DNA of 26,092 nucleotides from a virus (IMGVR_UViG_3300009095_001043:1-26092); one strand, 5' to 3'. Positions 1 to 9,013 are shown, numbered from the stretch's first letter. The notes: generated by a model not told the origin, from the sequence alone. A program made the numbers and translations.

Positions 1-46
1 GTCGCACCCCACAGCGACTATTCAGGAATTTCTCAGGAGTACCTTT
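1..46 (-). other. Possible cos-like packaging terminus
   Basis: Minus strand reads AAAGGTACTCC-N-AGTCGCTGTGGGGTGCGAC at the window end. GTCGC/GCGAC dyad at 1-5/14-18. Loosely resembles the lambda cosQ-cosN layout and fits the lambda-type head genes. Confidence 0.35.
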
Positions 47-194
47 GACGCACACAGATAGCATTTTCTTTCGATTTTAGAGCGTTTTAGTGTATCAGTA
101 ATATATTCTATCATTCAATACATAGAAAGTCGCTTAAATCGCTTAAAAATGCGTTGTAATTTTATTTTGACGTAGGTACTATGTAATACAAACT

Positions 195-460
195 ACCGCT
201 CTACAACGTCAAAGCCTTATAAATACTGGGTTTATACAAAATTCTCTACAACTTGTAGAGAGCTTGTAGAGCGTGAAAGCCTTGTTATTGCTGGGTTTGC
301 TGTAATTCTCTACAAAATCTACAATAATATTAATATTGTATGTGTATGTATATGTACGCACGCACACGCATATACGCATACATGTGTATAGTTTATTCCT
401 TGTAGATGTAGAGAATTTTAACGAATCCCTTGCTATTACTGGGCTGAACCGCTCTACAAT
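195..460. repeat. Origin-like repeat cluster
   Basis: Many CTCTACAA/TTGTAGAG copies in both orientations, three related 23-bp imperfect palindromes (211-233, 276-298, 424-446) and a 54-bp alternating pyrimidine/purine tract (337-390). Confidence 0.65.
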
Positions 461-642
461 GCTGTATAACGCTGTATAGAGGTATTAAAGTAAAGGTTTA
501 AGTAAATGCAGTTAATTAATTGAATATTAATATGTTAGATATGTTCAGTTGAAGTATTGCTTTAAGTAGCATTTTTGTATAGAATTGTAGATTTTTGTAG
601 ATAATTTGTTTTGGTGGGTATAAAAACCGTGTTGGTAGATAT

Positions 643-669
643 AAAAAAACCACCCTTATGAGGTGGTTT
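643..669 (-). terminator. Intrinsic terminator of the ibrAB-like operon
   Basis: AAACCACC-7nt-GGTGGTTT hairpin with a T-run on the minus strand, about 20 bp after the stop at 690. Confidence 0.8.
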
Positions 670-689
670 ATAATTTGTTTTTGATTAAA

Positions 690-1175
690 TTATTTTATTT
701 CCCATGAATTTGAGAAACCTTTATTTTTAAAAATTTCAGCAACTCCAGAATTCTGTTTAAGTCTCAAAACCTCATCAGCATCCATGCCTAAGTTTTTAGC
801 TACTTCAATATCTGAATAACCAGACATTATTAAATCTTTAACTATTTCAGACATTCGATCTATCTGATGAGTTCCTTTTGCTCTATTGAATCTAATAGTG
901 CAATTCATTAATTCACCAATAGATTCATCTAGTATTATTACAGGAACTTTATCCATTTTTAATTTTTTAGCCACTAAATGTCTATGAAACCCATCAACAA
1001 TCATATATTTATCTTCATCTTTTATGACTATTAATGGAAAGCAAAATCCACTTTTCAAAATAGATAATTCAAGCAAATCCATTTCAGGTTTCATTACTTT
1101 GTTTGGATTCCAAGGATTTGGAACTAATGATTTTAAATCAACCAATACTGGTATTTTAATTTCTACTTTTTGCAT
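690..1175 (-). CDS. ibrB: IbrB/YbdM-like ParB/Srx-domain protein
   Basis: PNPWNPNKV...EMDLLELSI...GF, IVDGFHRH and TIRFNRAKGTH motifs, C-terminal HTH-like LGMDADEVLRLKQ, and linkage to an IbrA-like gene. Confidence 0.85.
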   Translation of the reverse strand: MQKVEIKIPVLVDLKSLVPNPWNPNKVMKPEMDLLELSILKSGFCFPLIVIKDEDKYMIVDGFHRHLVAKKLKMDKVPVIILDESIGELMNCTIRFNRAKGTHQIDRMSEIVKDLIMSGYSDIEVAKNLGMDADEVLRLKQNSGVAEIFKNKGFSNSWEIK

Positions 1176-1576
1176 AATCTATATTTATTATAACGACCTC
1201 TATTTCCGTAATGCTCAAATCCAAATTTTGAGTATCTTTTCATTTGAATTGGATTATCTGTTATCACTCTAATCTCTTGGTTCATTGATAAAGCTATATC
1301 AAGTCTTTTTTTGAATAATTCAGATGACAATCCTAAACCTCTAAATTCTTTTAACATAAAGAAGTTATCAAAGTACAAGTGATTCTTTTCCTGTATTATA
1401 GAACAGAATCCGGCTACTTTATTATTTACAAATAAAACTATCCATATAGATCCATCTTTAGTATAAAATTGCCATCCCCCCATTTCATGAGCATATTTTC
1501 TAAATGCGAAAAACTCACCCATTTTTTCAAAAAAATCATCTTCATGATTTTTGTAAACTACAATTCTTGATTCCAT
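1163..1576 (-). CDS. GNAT-fold acetyltransferase
   Basis: VAGFCS strand and motif A FFMLKEFRGLGLSSELF, plus YSKFGF. Overlaps both neighbours. Confidence 0.75.
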   Translation of the reverse strand: MESRIVVYKNHEDDFFEKMGEFFAFRKYAHEMGGWQFYTKDGSIWIVLFVNNKVAGFCSIIQEKNHLYFDNFFMLKEFRGLGLSSELFKKRLDIALSMNQEIRVITDNPIQMKRYSKFGFEHYGNRGRYNKYRLCKK

Positions 1577-2823
1577 TTTTGCTGAATACTTTTTATTCGA
1601 TCACTCATTTTGTTTGAATATCCAAAACCATATTTTTTAAACACAAAATCTCTTTTAATTATTGCGCCACACAATGTTTCGTATGAGAAAAAAACTTTTA
1701 TAGGAATATTATATTTTTTAGATTTTTCTTTTGATTCGCTTCTTGAATCACATGATATAAAATCGAATTCATATCCTAGTTTGTCACAATATTCTCTACG
1801 ATGATATGTATATACTATATTGAATTTTTCTTGAAAGTTTTCCCTAACCTCGTTAGGTAATTCATTTAATAGTATTTCTAAATACTGTTTCCACGTTATA
1901 TTTTTTGGTTTAACAACCTTACCTCTATTTAGATTTGTATGATTATAATTAGCCCCAAAATTAACGCCTTGAACTCTATTGATCATTTTATCAAATGTAT
2001 CAGGTTCAATTATTTTCCAAAGATATAATGATTTTTTCTGTTCCTCACCCAATGCACTACATGTTCTCATTTGAGATAATGACAATCCATATTTAAACAT
2101 TGAGTCATAAACCCTATTATAATCTAAGTTATTAATACTGTAATAATGCCATATATCAGATGTTTCCCAGTCGTATATTGGTAAACATGTCCATGTTCGT
2201 TTAGCTTCATTTTTAGTAAGGTACGTGTATTGATTTTTTTTATTTCTATGTTTTTGAGTTGCTATAGTCATGTGTCTACCATAACTCTCATCTGCTCTCA
2301 TCCCTATAAAATTACAAATTGAATCAATGTTTAGTTTATCACAAAGATACTCCCCAAAACATTCGATAGACCAATTTTCAAGACTGCCATCAATGTATTT
2401 TTTGAATAATGGATCAATATTATTCATATTTATTACGTATGGCATGCTTGGCATTTCACGAATCCAGCTGTCTTTTTTTTGGGAATCCCATATTTTGAAA
2501 TAACGTTCATAAACACTACTTGCGTTATCATCTAATTCTTCTATGCAAAGCCAATATGGGTCGACTTTTGGATTCTCCATTATTGATTTTACATATCTTT
2601 CTGTTTCCATGAAAATAGCTTCTAAATCTGAGAAAACACATTTTACTGGAAGCCTATTTAATTCTGTTGCGCATTCAATAACCAAGTTTATTAAAACACC
2701 AGAATCCTTACCACCAGAGAAGCTAACATAAAAATCAGGAAAAGAATTAATCTGCTCTTTTATTCTAATTTTAGAAGCTTCATATACATTTATGTTTGTA
2801 TTATATACTTTCATATAAATCAA
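1558..2823 (-). CDS. ibrA: IbrA/YbdN-like PAPS-reductase-family (DUF3440) protein
   Basis: PP-loop VSFSGGKDSG, IGMRADES, PIYDWETSDIW, YNRVYDSMFKYG and RVQGVNFG. Confidence 0.85.
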   Translation of the reverse strand: MIYMKVYNTNINVYEASKIRIKEQINSFPDFYVSFSGGKDSGVLINLVIECATELNRLPVKCVFSDLEAIFMETERYVKSIMENPKVDPYWLCIEELDDNASSVYERYFKIWDSQKKDSWIREMPSMPYVINMNNIDPLFKKYIDGSLENWSIECFGEYLCDKLNIDSICNFIGMRADESYGRHMTIATQKHRNKKNQYTYLTKNEAKRTWTCLPIYDWETSDIWHYYSINNLDYNRVYDSMFKYGLSLSQMRTCSALGEEQKKSLYLWKIIEPDTFDKMINRVQGVNFGANYNHTNLNRGKVVKPKNITWKQYLEILLNELPNEVRENFQEKFNIVYTYHRREYCDKLGYEFDFISCDSRSESKEKSKKYNIPIKVFFSYETLCGAIIKRDFVFKKYGFGYSNKMSDRIKSIQQKWNQEL

Positions 2824-4027
2824 TTTTACTTATTTGTTTAAAATAGCTAAGTGCATCCAGCTTCTTAGCGTTATTCTCTTTTATAAGGCTATCTAGTGGG
2901 ATATTGCCATCTAAATAATAATGATAACATTTACGAGTTTGTCCAGTACGGAAAATTCTGCGTTGGTATTGATCCACATTCGCCCAATCCCAAGTTTTAT
3001 CGAATTCAATTGTTACGTTGAATTGGTCTTGCAAATTAATAGACATCGAATCAGATTGCAGTGAAAATACATTGATTCCAGGAATGTTTTCTTGTAGAAA
3101 TACTCTTGAATCAATGAATTTCGTGTAAACAGCAACGTTTTCGATACCGTGTTTATTGATGATTTCTTTCACTAAATCAAGTTTGGTTACTTCCTTACAA
3201 TAGCAATGCTGAAGTTTCTGCACCATCATCAGGAAAATATTATTATTATATTCCTCAAGCGATTCATCACATAGGAAATATTTTTTTATTTCCTCGTACT
3301 GTTTACGTGATTCATTGGATATGTCATAAGAATTGTAAATATGCTCCACATCAACGTTTAAAACCAAATCAGCCTCGTAAATAAATGGTTTTATAAGATG
3401 ATATAGGTAGTCAATATTCGCATACCCAGTAATAAATTCGTTGGTAATACGGCCATTTTTTTTGATTATTGTTTTTTCGCAAAATGTATTTTCAAATTCA
3501 GCATAACTCATATTTAGAATTAATGGTGATAGGAAATTCATTTGCGCCCATAAATCGGTTAAATCTCGGCTAAATGGTGTTCCGTTAAGTATTAATTTAT
3601 AATCAGATAAATGTGATAATTCATGCAACCTATCAGTACGTTTTGCAGTTGGATTTTTAATCAATAGTGATTCGTCAACAATGATAAATGGATTGATCGC
3701 ATCGGTTAATTTTTTGGTGACATCCAAATACACACGATCACTCATTCCGATTGATTGTATTCCAATAAAATCAATATTTTCGAATTGATGCCATTTTTCA
3801 ACCTCGGTTTTAATTCCAGTATTTTCGATTTTCGGATTTACCGATCTGTATGGAGCCAACCAAAGCACATAGTCCGGATTAACTTGTTTGATTAATTCAA
3901 CAGCTGTACGTGTTTTTCCAGTTCCAGGGGCTTTGAATAATGCACCTACTTTTTTTGTTTGTAGGTGCGAAATAGCTTCGTGTTGGTTATTTAATAAGGC
4001 TTTCATTTGGTTGTTGATTTGGATCAA
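2801..4027 (-). CDS. SNF2-like helicase/ATPase (start may be 4006)
   Basis: PGTGKT, IIVDES, LNGTP, DLWAQMNFLSP and RIFRTGQ. Confidence 0.8.
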   Translation of the reverse strand: MIQINNQMKALLNNQHEAISHLQTKKVGALFKAPGTGKTRTAVELIKQVNPDYVLWLAPYRSVNPKIENTGIKTEVEKWHQFENIDFIGIQSIGMSDRVYLDVTKKLTDAINPFIIVDESLLIKNPTAKRTDRLHELSHLSDYKLILNGTPFSRDLTDLWAQMNFLSPLILNMSYAEFENTFCEKTIIKKNGRITNEFITGYANIDYLYHLIKPFIYEADLVLNVDVEHIYNSYDISNESRKQYEEIKKYFLCDESLEEYNNNIFLMMVQKLQHCYCKEVTKLDLVKEIINKHGIENVAVYTKFIDSRVFLQENIPGINVFSLQSDSMSINLQDQFNVTIEFDKTWDWANVDQYQRRIFRTGQTRKCYHYYLDGNIPLDSLIKENNAKKLDALSYFKQISKIDLYESI

Positions 4028-4328
4028 ATTTAATTTTTGGAGGAGTAATTTTGATGACTTCGATGGTAATGTTTGGCTCTACTTTTCCTTTTTTAGGATT
4101 ATACCAACCTATTTTTTTTGTCGATACCATTAGTTTACATTCTTCTTTATCTATAATCCAAGAAGCTATCCAATAAGCATCTGATTTTTGTACATCATAA
4201 TCTCTTCCAAAATATTGTGAATCTGGGATTAGAAACGTATTCCCCTGCCAATCTTCTGCTTTCCAGCATTTGGATGAAATTAGCGTGAGATTTTTAAGCC
4301 TCACGCTGTAGCATTTAATTTTTTTCAT
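3987..4328 (-). CDS. Hypothetical phage protein
   Basis: 113-aa ORF coupled to both neighbours (TAATG overlap at 4328). Confidence 0.7.
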   Translation of the reverse strand: MKKIKCYSVRLKNLTLISSKCWKAEDWQGNTFLIPDSQYFGRDYDVQKSDAYWIASWIIDKEECKLMVSTKKIGWYNPKKGKVEPNITIEVIKITPPKIKFDPNQQPNESLIK

Positions 4329-4954
4329 TAATCTATTATTTTATAGTAGATTTCTCTATCCGAGTCAGAGCCAAAAAATGTAGGCTCCTTAAATGTCCAT
4401 TTATCTTGTAGATCGCAAGTGCAGTAAAGAGCATATTCACTTACTATTTTCATTCTGTTTTTCTTATCCTCAATAGCTAACTCTCCCATGTAAGACTTCC
4501 AATAATCTTGACGTGTTGCATACTTACCTCCATCTAAATGAGAATGATCCTCCTTTCCTGCTAAATCCCATTCTGATTCTATTGCTAAAATTGTACCTAT
4601 TCTAGTGTAAGGTTTATTAGCTCTATCCTCAGGATTAGTAACAGCAATAGTTTTACCAATTAGCCTTTTAGCAATTTCCAATGTTAAGATTTGATTATTA
4701 TGAAATAGGTCATAAGGTAGAATTTTATTTTCCTCTAAATAATTATGATATTTCTCAGCTAATTTTTCTTCTGAGTTTGTAGTTGTTACATCCTCTCTTT
4801 TACGAAATGAATTAGGTGTTTTTACAACATTACAGTCTAGACCATTTTCAACTAAGAAATTAATGATTTGCATTTCTTCTTTTGAATTGTTAAAAATAAA
4901 CTCAACACCAGCGTTGAAGTTTTCAATAGAAAGATTTTTCATTTTTGTGTTCAT
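4328..4954 (-). CDS. Hypothetical protein
   Basis: 208-aa ORF directly downstream of a promoter motif. Confidence 0.75.
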   Translation of the reverse strand: MNTKMKNLSIENFNAGVEFIFNNSKEEMQIINFLVENGLDCNVVKTPNSFRKREDVTTTNSEEKLAEKYHNYLEENKILPYDLFHNNQILTLEIAKRLIGKTIAVTNPEDRANKPYTRIGTILAIESEWDLAGKEDHSHLDGGKYATRQDYWKSYMGELAIEDKKNRMKIVSEYALYCTCDLQDKWTFKEPTFFGSDSDREIYYKIID

Positions 4955-4983
4955 ATCTATCAGTTTTTAATTGTTTGATGAAA

Positions 4984-5024
4984 CAAATATAATACTTTTT
5001 TTCGATATACAAACATTTTGTATA
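4984..5024 (-). promoter_or_regulatory. Bacteroidota-type promoter with palindromic operator
   Basis: Minus-strand TATATTTG (4984-4991) with upstream TTTG, and palindrome TATACAAA-CAT-TTTGTATA (5006-5024). Confidence 0.7.
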
Positions 5025-5031
5025 AAAAAAA

Positions 5032-5259
5032 TTATATTTTTTTTAAAAATTCATCAAAACTAATTACTGGATATGCCATCGAATTATAATATTGAATGAT
5101 AAATTCACCATCAGGAAATATGATTATCATATCACAATTTGAATCATGAACGTAAAAATCATTCCATTTACTGTAATCCGAATAACCTAATTCGATTAAT
5201 TTTGACCGTGCGACAGGTATTTGCTCAGGTTCGCATTGGATTGTTACGTTGGTTAGCAT
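5032..5259 (-). CDS. Hypothetical protein
   Basis: 75-aa ORF starting 1 nt after the MTase stop. Confidence 0.65.
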   Translation of the reverse strand: MLTNVTIQCEPEQIPVARSKLIELGYSDYSKWNDFYVHDSNCDMIIIFPDGEFIIQYYNSMAYPVISFDEFLKKI

Positions 5260-5260
5260 G

Positions 5261-6166
5261 CTAGAATAGTGTTAGTATTGAATTTTTTTCCATATCAATA
5301 TCTCTATGATTTTTAACATTTAAGTTAAAATAACTATCCTTTAATTCAATACTTATTGATTTTCTGTTCATTTTTATAGCCTGAAAACCCTCCGAACCAA
5401 TACCACCAAATGGACTGAAAACAACTTCACCCTCATTAGAGTATAAATGTAATACTCGTTCTATCGTGTCTAACTGTAAAGGAGTAATGTGTTTTTCATC
5501 ATTTCCATCACGTCCAGATCGATATTGTAACGTTCTTGAATAATCAATATCATACCATACTGGCGATGCGTATTTTTGCCATAGATCAACTGGTAAATAA
5601 TCAGGTTTTAATGGATCATCGTCTTGATGTGTGATAGGAACTTCATTATCTCCCTCATTTCTAAAAAATAAAACGTAGTCAGGAATACCAACCCTACTCA
5701 TACAACTATCTTTCTTTATTGTTTTATGAAGTAATCCTAATGCTTTAGTTCGTTGCATTTCAATTACTGGATCTTTCCATATTGTCACCCTTGAATGGTA
5801 AATCATTCCAGCTTCTTGATGCATTTTAATTAGATCTCCTGAAAAATCTCTAAGTCCAATAAACCCCTCTTTACCTTTCTGTATAGGCAAATCCATACAA
5901 TGAACTGCTATTATTCTACCGGGTTTTGTAATTCGTTTAATTTCTTGTAATAGAAATTCGTAGTGTGTTTTAAATTGATCATAGTTAGCACTGTTATTCA
6001 TATCTTTTGGATCATCTGAATAAACATACAATTCAAAAAATGGTGGTGAATATACTGTAATATCAGCGCAATTATTTGGTAATCCCATTGAAACTTCTAC
6101 ACAATCACCGCAGTATAATGCGTAATTATCTGAAATCACTTGATCTTTTAATGTTACTTTTTTCAT
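5261..6166 (-). CDS. DNA amino-methyltransferase (N4-C/N6-A, beta class)
   Basis: N-terminal GDC...YSPPF catalytic motif, LKPGR-like TKPGR, H-x-T-P, and C-terminal SAM-binding VFSPFGGIGS followed by ISIELK. Confidence 0.88.
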   Translation of the reverse strand: MKKVTLKDQVISDNYALYCGDCVEVSMGLPNNCADITVYSPPFFELYVYSDDPKDMNNSANYDQFKTHYEFLLQEIKRITKPGRIIAVHCMDLPIQKGKEGFIGLRDFSGDLIKMHQEAGMIYHSRVTIWKDPVIEMQRTKALGLLHKTIKKDSCMSRVGIPDYVLFFRNEGDNEVPITHQDDDPLKPDYLPVDLWQKYASPVWYDIDYSRTLQYRSGRDGNDEKHITPLQLDTIERVLHLYSNEGEVVFSPFGGIGSEGFQAIKMNRKSISIELKDSYFNLNVKNHRDIDMEKNSILTLF

Positions 6167-6168
6167 TT

Positions 6169-7494
6169 TTATAAAAATTTAGGTGTTAATATTTCTACTT
6201 GTTTATATTCTCTTTCTGGTTTATTTTTTTTGTAGTCTTGTTTGGCAGAGTATTTAGCCATTTCTGAAATCATTTTAAAATGATTGTTTTGTTTTTCTAA
6301 AATTGATTGCCTTACATTTGATTGACTTTCAGGTATCAGTAAATGAACTTTTACTTTGTTTTTTTGACCAAATCTGTAACATCTACGAACAGCTTGATAA
6401 AATTGTTCAAATTTAAAATCGTAAGAAGTGAAAACCATGTTATGGCAATTTTGATAATTCATACCCATTGATGCAATAGATGTTTTAGTAATTAACACTC
6501 TAAAATCATTGTTTGCGAATCCATTTAGATATTTTGCTTTATATTCTGGTTTATCAGATCCTTGAACATTAATAGCATCAGGTATTAATTTATTCAAAGT
6601 ATTAGCTTCATCATTCGATAACGTCCATACAATCCAATTTTCATTATTTGAGTTAATTAGATCAATTGTTTTTGAGATTCTTTTATCAAATGTTCTTTTC
6701 AAATCTTTATGTAAGTCTGTTGCTGAAACTGCTACATCTGCGAATAGAGTTTGTGTATTGTTTTCAACTTTAATTACGTGTTCAATATATTCTATTTCAG
6801 GCAAATTATATCCAATTCCACAAAATCCAAGCGTATCAGGCTTATCAATTGCCATTGACCATGATGATACGTATTTCCAAAAATCATCATGAGCATGTTT
6901 TCTTAACCTCCATTTTGATGTTTCTCCTCCATCATGAACAAAATACATGGCTAAAATTTCTAAATAAGACATTCCACCTAAAAATTCAGAATGTTGTCCC
7001 AACTCCATATGATCATTTGGTGATGGAGTTGCTGAACAAGCTAATTTATATTTGAAATTTCTAAACGTGTCAATTATTAATTTAGACATTTTCCCATCTC
7101 TACCTTTTAATATTGAACTCTCATCCAAAACAACTCCACTATAAATAGATGTGTCAATATTTTTAAGCTGTTCATAATTAATGATGTCAAAACAATGTAA
7201 AGGTATATCGAATTTTTTAGCTTCATTTTTAGTTTGTTCAACTATTGCTAAAGGTGCCAATATTAAAACTTTTTTGTTCGTGTGATTAAAAACATGTTTT
7301 GACCATTCTAATTGACAGAATGTTTTGCCTAACCCACAATCAAAGAAAAAAGCAAATCTACCTTTCATTAACGCAGTTTTAATTCCGTAAATCTGAAAAT
7401 CCTTTAGCAAAGGATTTAATTCATATTCATTTACTTGAAATCCACTTTCAATGAATTGTTTTTCTTTTGTTTTTAAAAAATCAGAATATTCCAT
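6169..7494 (-). CDS. SNF2-like helicase paired with the methyltransferase
   Basis: DCGLGKT, VVLDESSILK, SATPSPND, GMNYQNC and QAVRRCYRFGQ. Confidence 0.85.
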   Translation of the reverse strand: MEYSDFLKTKEKQFIESGFQVNEYELNPLLKDFQIYGIKTALMKGRFAFFFDCGLGKTFCQLEWSKHVFNHTNKKVLILAPLAIVEQTKNEAKKFDIPLHCFDIINYEQLKNIDTSIYSGVVLDESSILKGRDGKMSKLIIDTFRNFKYKLACSATPSPNDHMELGQHSEFLGGMSYLEILAMYFVHDGGETSKWRLRKHAHDDFWKYVSSWSMAIDKPDTLGFCGIGYNLPEIEYIEHVIKVENNTQTLFADVAVSATDLHKDLKRTFDKRISKTIDLINSNNENWIVWTLSNDEANTLNKLIPDAINVQGSDKPEYKAKYLNGFANNDFRVLITKTSIASMGMNYQNCHNMVFTSYDFKFEQFYQAVRRCYRFGQKNKVKVHLLIPESQSNVRQSILEKQNNHFKMISEMAKYSAKQDYKKNKPEREYKQVEILTPKFL

Positions 7495-7514
7495 AATTAT
7501 TTGTTATTAAATTT

Positions 7515-7844
7515 TTAGTACTCACAGACCAATATCTGACTATTGTCTGCCATTATGTGAATGAATCGTTCAGTTTTCGAATAACACATAAATTCAAGAT
7601 TTTCAAATAAATCCAGTTTCAGATGTTTACCAGTGTGATGATATTCACCGTGTATTATACGTTTAATTTTAATTGAATCAGGGTTAATCGTTTCGGGTAA
7701 ACCAGTAATATGAATTGTTTTCACACGTGAACTGATTAATTTATTCGTATAGCTACGGAATTGATCCATCAGATGTTTTTGGGTTTTATCCGTAATTTCC
7801 ACCGATGGATTTTGTTTTTGTATTTTTCTGATTAATGGGTGCAT
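7515..7844 (-). CDS. Hypothetical protein
   Basis: 109-aa ORF within the operon. Confidence 0.65.
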   Translation of the reverse strand: MHPLIRKIQKQNPSVEITDKTQKHLMDQFRSYTNKLISSRVKTIHITGLPETINPDSIKIKRIIHGEYHHTGKHLKLDLFENLEFMCYSKTERFIHIMADNSQILVCEY

Positions 7845-7999
7845 TATAATACCGAATTTACTAACATTAAAACTAAAATAACTACCATTAAAACCGAATC
7901 AATCCAGTTTAATTCACTAATAAAAAAAACGATTGATCGTTTCGAACTGAATAATCTACATGCAAAATATATCCAGTATGCGATAATAAAAAAAATCAT
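7844..7999 (-). CDS. Small hydrophobic protein, 51 aa (not in ORF track)
   Basis: MIFFIIAYWIYFACRLFSSKRSIVFFISELNWIDSVLMVVILVLMLVNSVL, with ATGA overlap upstream and TAATG overlap downstream. Confidence 0.7.
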   Translation of the reverse strand: MIFFIIAYWIYFACRLFSSKRSIVFFISELNWIDSVLMVVILVLMLVNSVL

Positions 8000-8202
8000 A
8001 GGACTAAATTTAAACGGTTAATAACTCCATGCGCATAGGATTTAACTGATTGCATATCTTGATCGTTAAATTTATATGCTGGGTATTTTTCTGATTTCTT
8101 ACGTGCTACAGTATCGGAAGATTTCCCAATCAACTCAGCAGTTTTTTTATCTGGAATATTCAGAAGCTGAATGATTTCCATTGTTATTTTGTGTGATGTC
8201 AT
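7996..8202 (-). CDS. Small HTH-like DNA-binding protein
   Basis: LNIPDKKTAELIGKSSDTVARK fits an HTH pattern. Confidence 0.55.
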   Translation of the reverse strand: MTSHKITMEIIQLLNIPDKKTAELIGKSSDTVARKKSEKYPAYKFNDQDMQSVKSYAHGVINRLNLVL

Positions 8203-8585
8203 ATTAGTAAATCAGTATTTAATTCAACATCAATATAAAATCTAGTAAGGGCCTGCAGATGCATAATATTTCGAATGATTCGATCACCTATATAGAATAA
8301 ACCATCATTATATCTTATGATAAAATCATAGTTTGGCACCATTGTTTCGTTATTTGGAAGCATATAAATATGCAAATCATATTCAATAAATCCTAGTTGT
8401 TCAATTCTATAATGAGATAACGGAATTTGTATCACATCATTAGGTTTTATTGATAATGTTTTTGGTTTGTCTGTATTTAACGCAACTGCGCTTATGGAAT
8501 TACCAGTTATTGCAGTTATTTTAAATAGTTCGTTATAATCGAAATAACGAAACACACCACCGAGTATGAGTTTTTCTGTTGTCAT
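8199..8585 (-). CDS. Hypothetical phage protein
   Basis: 128-aa coupled ORF with an IPLS..IEQLGF...HLQAL pattern reminiscent of Bacteroidota phage hypotheticals. Confidence 0.65.
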   Translation of the reverse strand: MTTEKLILGGVFRYFDYNELFKITAITGNSISAVALNTDKPKTLSIKPNDVIQIPLSHYRIEQLGFIEYDLHIYMLPNNETMVPNYDFIIRYNDGLFYIGDRIIRNIMHLQALTRFYIDVELNTDLLI

Positions 8586-9013
8586 TAGTTGTTTGATATT
8601 GTGCAGAAGCTATCTGCTGTTAATATTAAGCTATCTAATAATCTGATATTAAACAGCTCTAAAGCGTTTTTAATCTTATTTGTTAAATCAATATCTGATA
8701 CGGAAGGAGTTAGATCTCCAGATGGATGGTTGTGACACAAAATAACACTACTGCATAGCGTTTCAATAGCATACTTACAAATGATTCTAACATCTGCCAC
8801 GCAACCTGAAACGCCCCCTTGGCTAATTAACGCATAGGCTATAATGTTATTTTTTTGGTCTAACATCGCTATATAGAAACTTTCGTAAATTTCCAAATCG
8901 TCTTTGTATAGCTTTCTGAAAAAACGAGCTGCATCAATTGATGTTTTTACATTAACTGTCTTGAACTTAGTATTTCTTTCAGAAATTTTAAGGTCTATTT
9001 TCTTAACAATCAT
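8585..9013 (-). CDS. RadC-like JAB-domain protein
   Basis: E-SFY, ISQGGV, ILCHNHPSGDLTPSVSD and LLDSLI. Confidence 0.9.
   Translation of the reverse strand: MIVKKIDLKISERNTKFKTVNVKTSIDAARFFRKLYKDDLEIYESFYIAMLDQKNNIIAYALISQGGVSGCVADVRIICKYAIETLCSSVILCHNHPSGDLTPSVSDIDLTNKIKNALELFNIRLLDSLILTADSFCTISNN

Noticed and set aside
195-460. CRISPR array
   Set aside because: Repeats are short, in mixed orientation and irregularly spaced, with no unique spacers of constant length.
1024-4133. Plus-strand ORFs 1024, 1610, 2543 and 3888
   Set aside because: Antisense shadows of well-supported minus-strand genes.
6849-8021. Plus-strand ORFs 6849-7055 and 7839-8021
   Set aside because: Antisense to the helicase and to coupled minus-strand ORFs.
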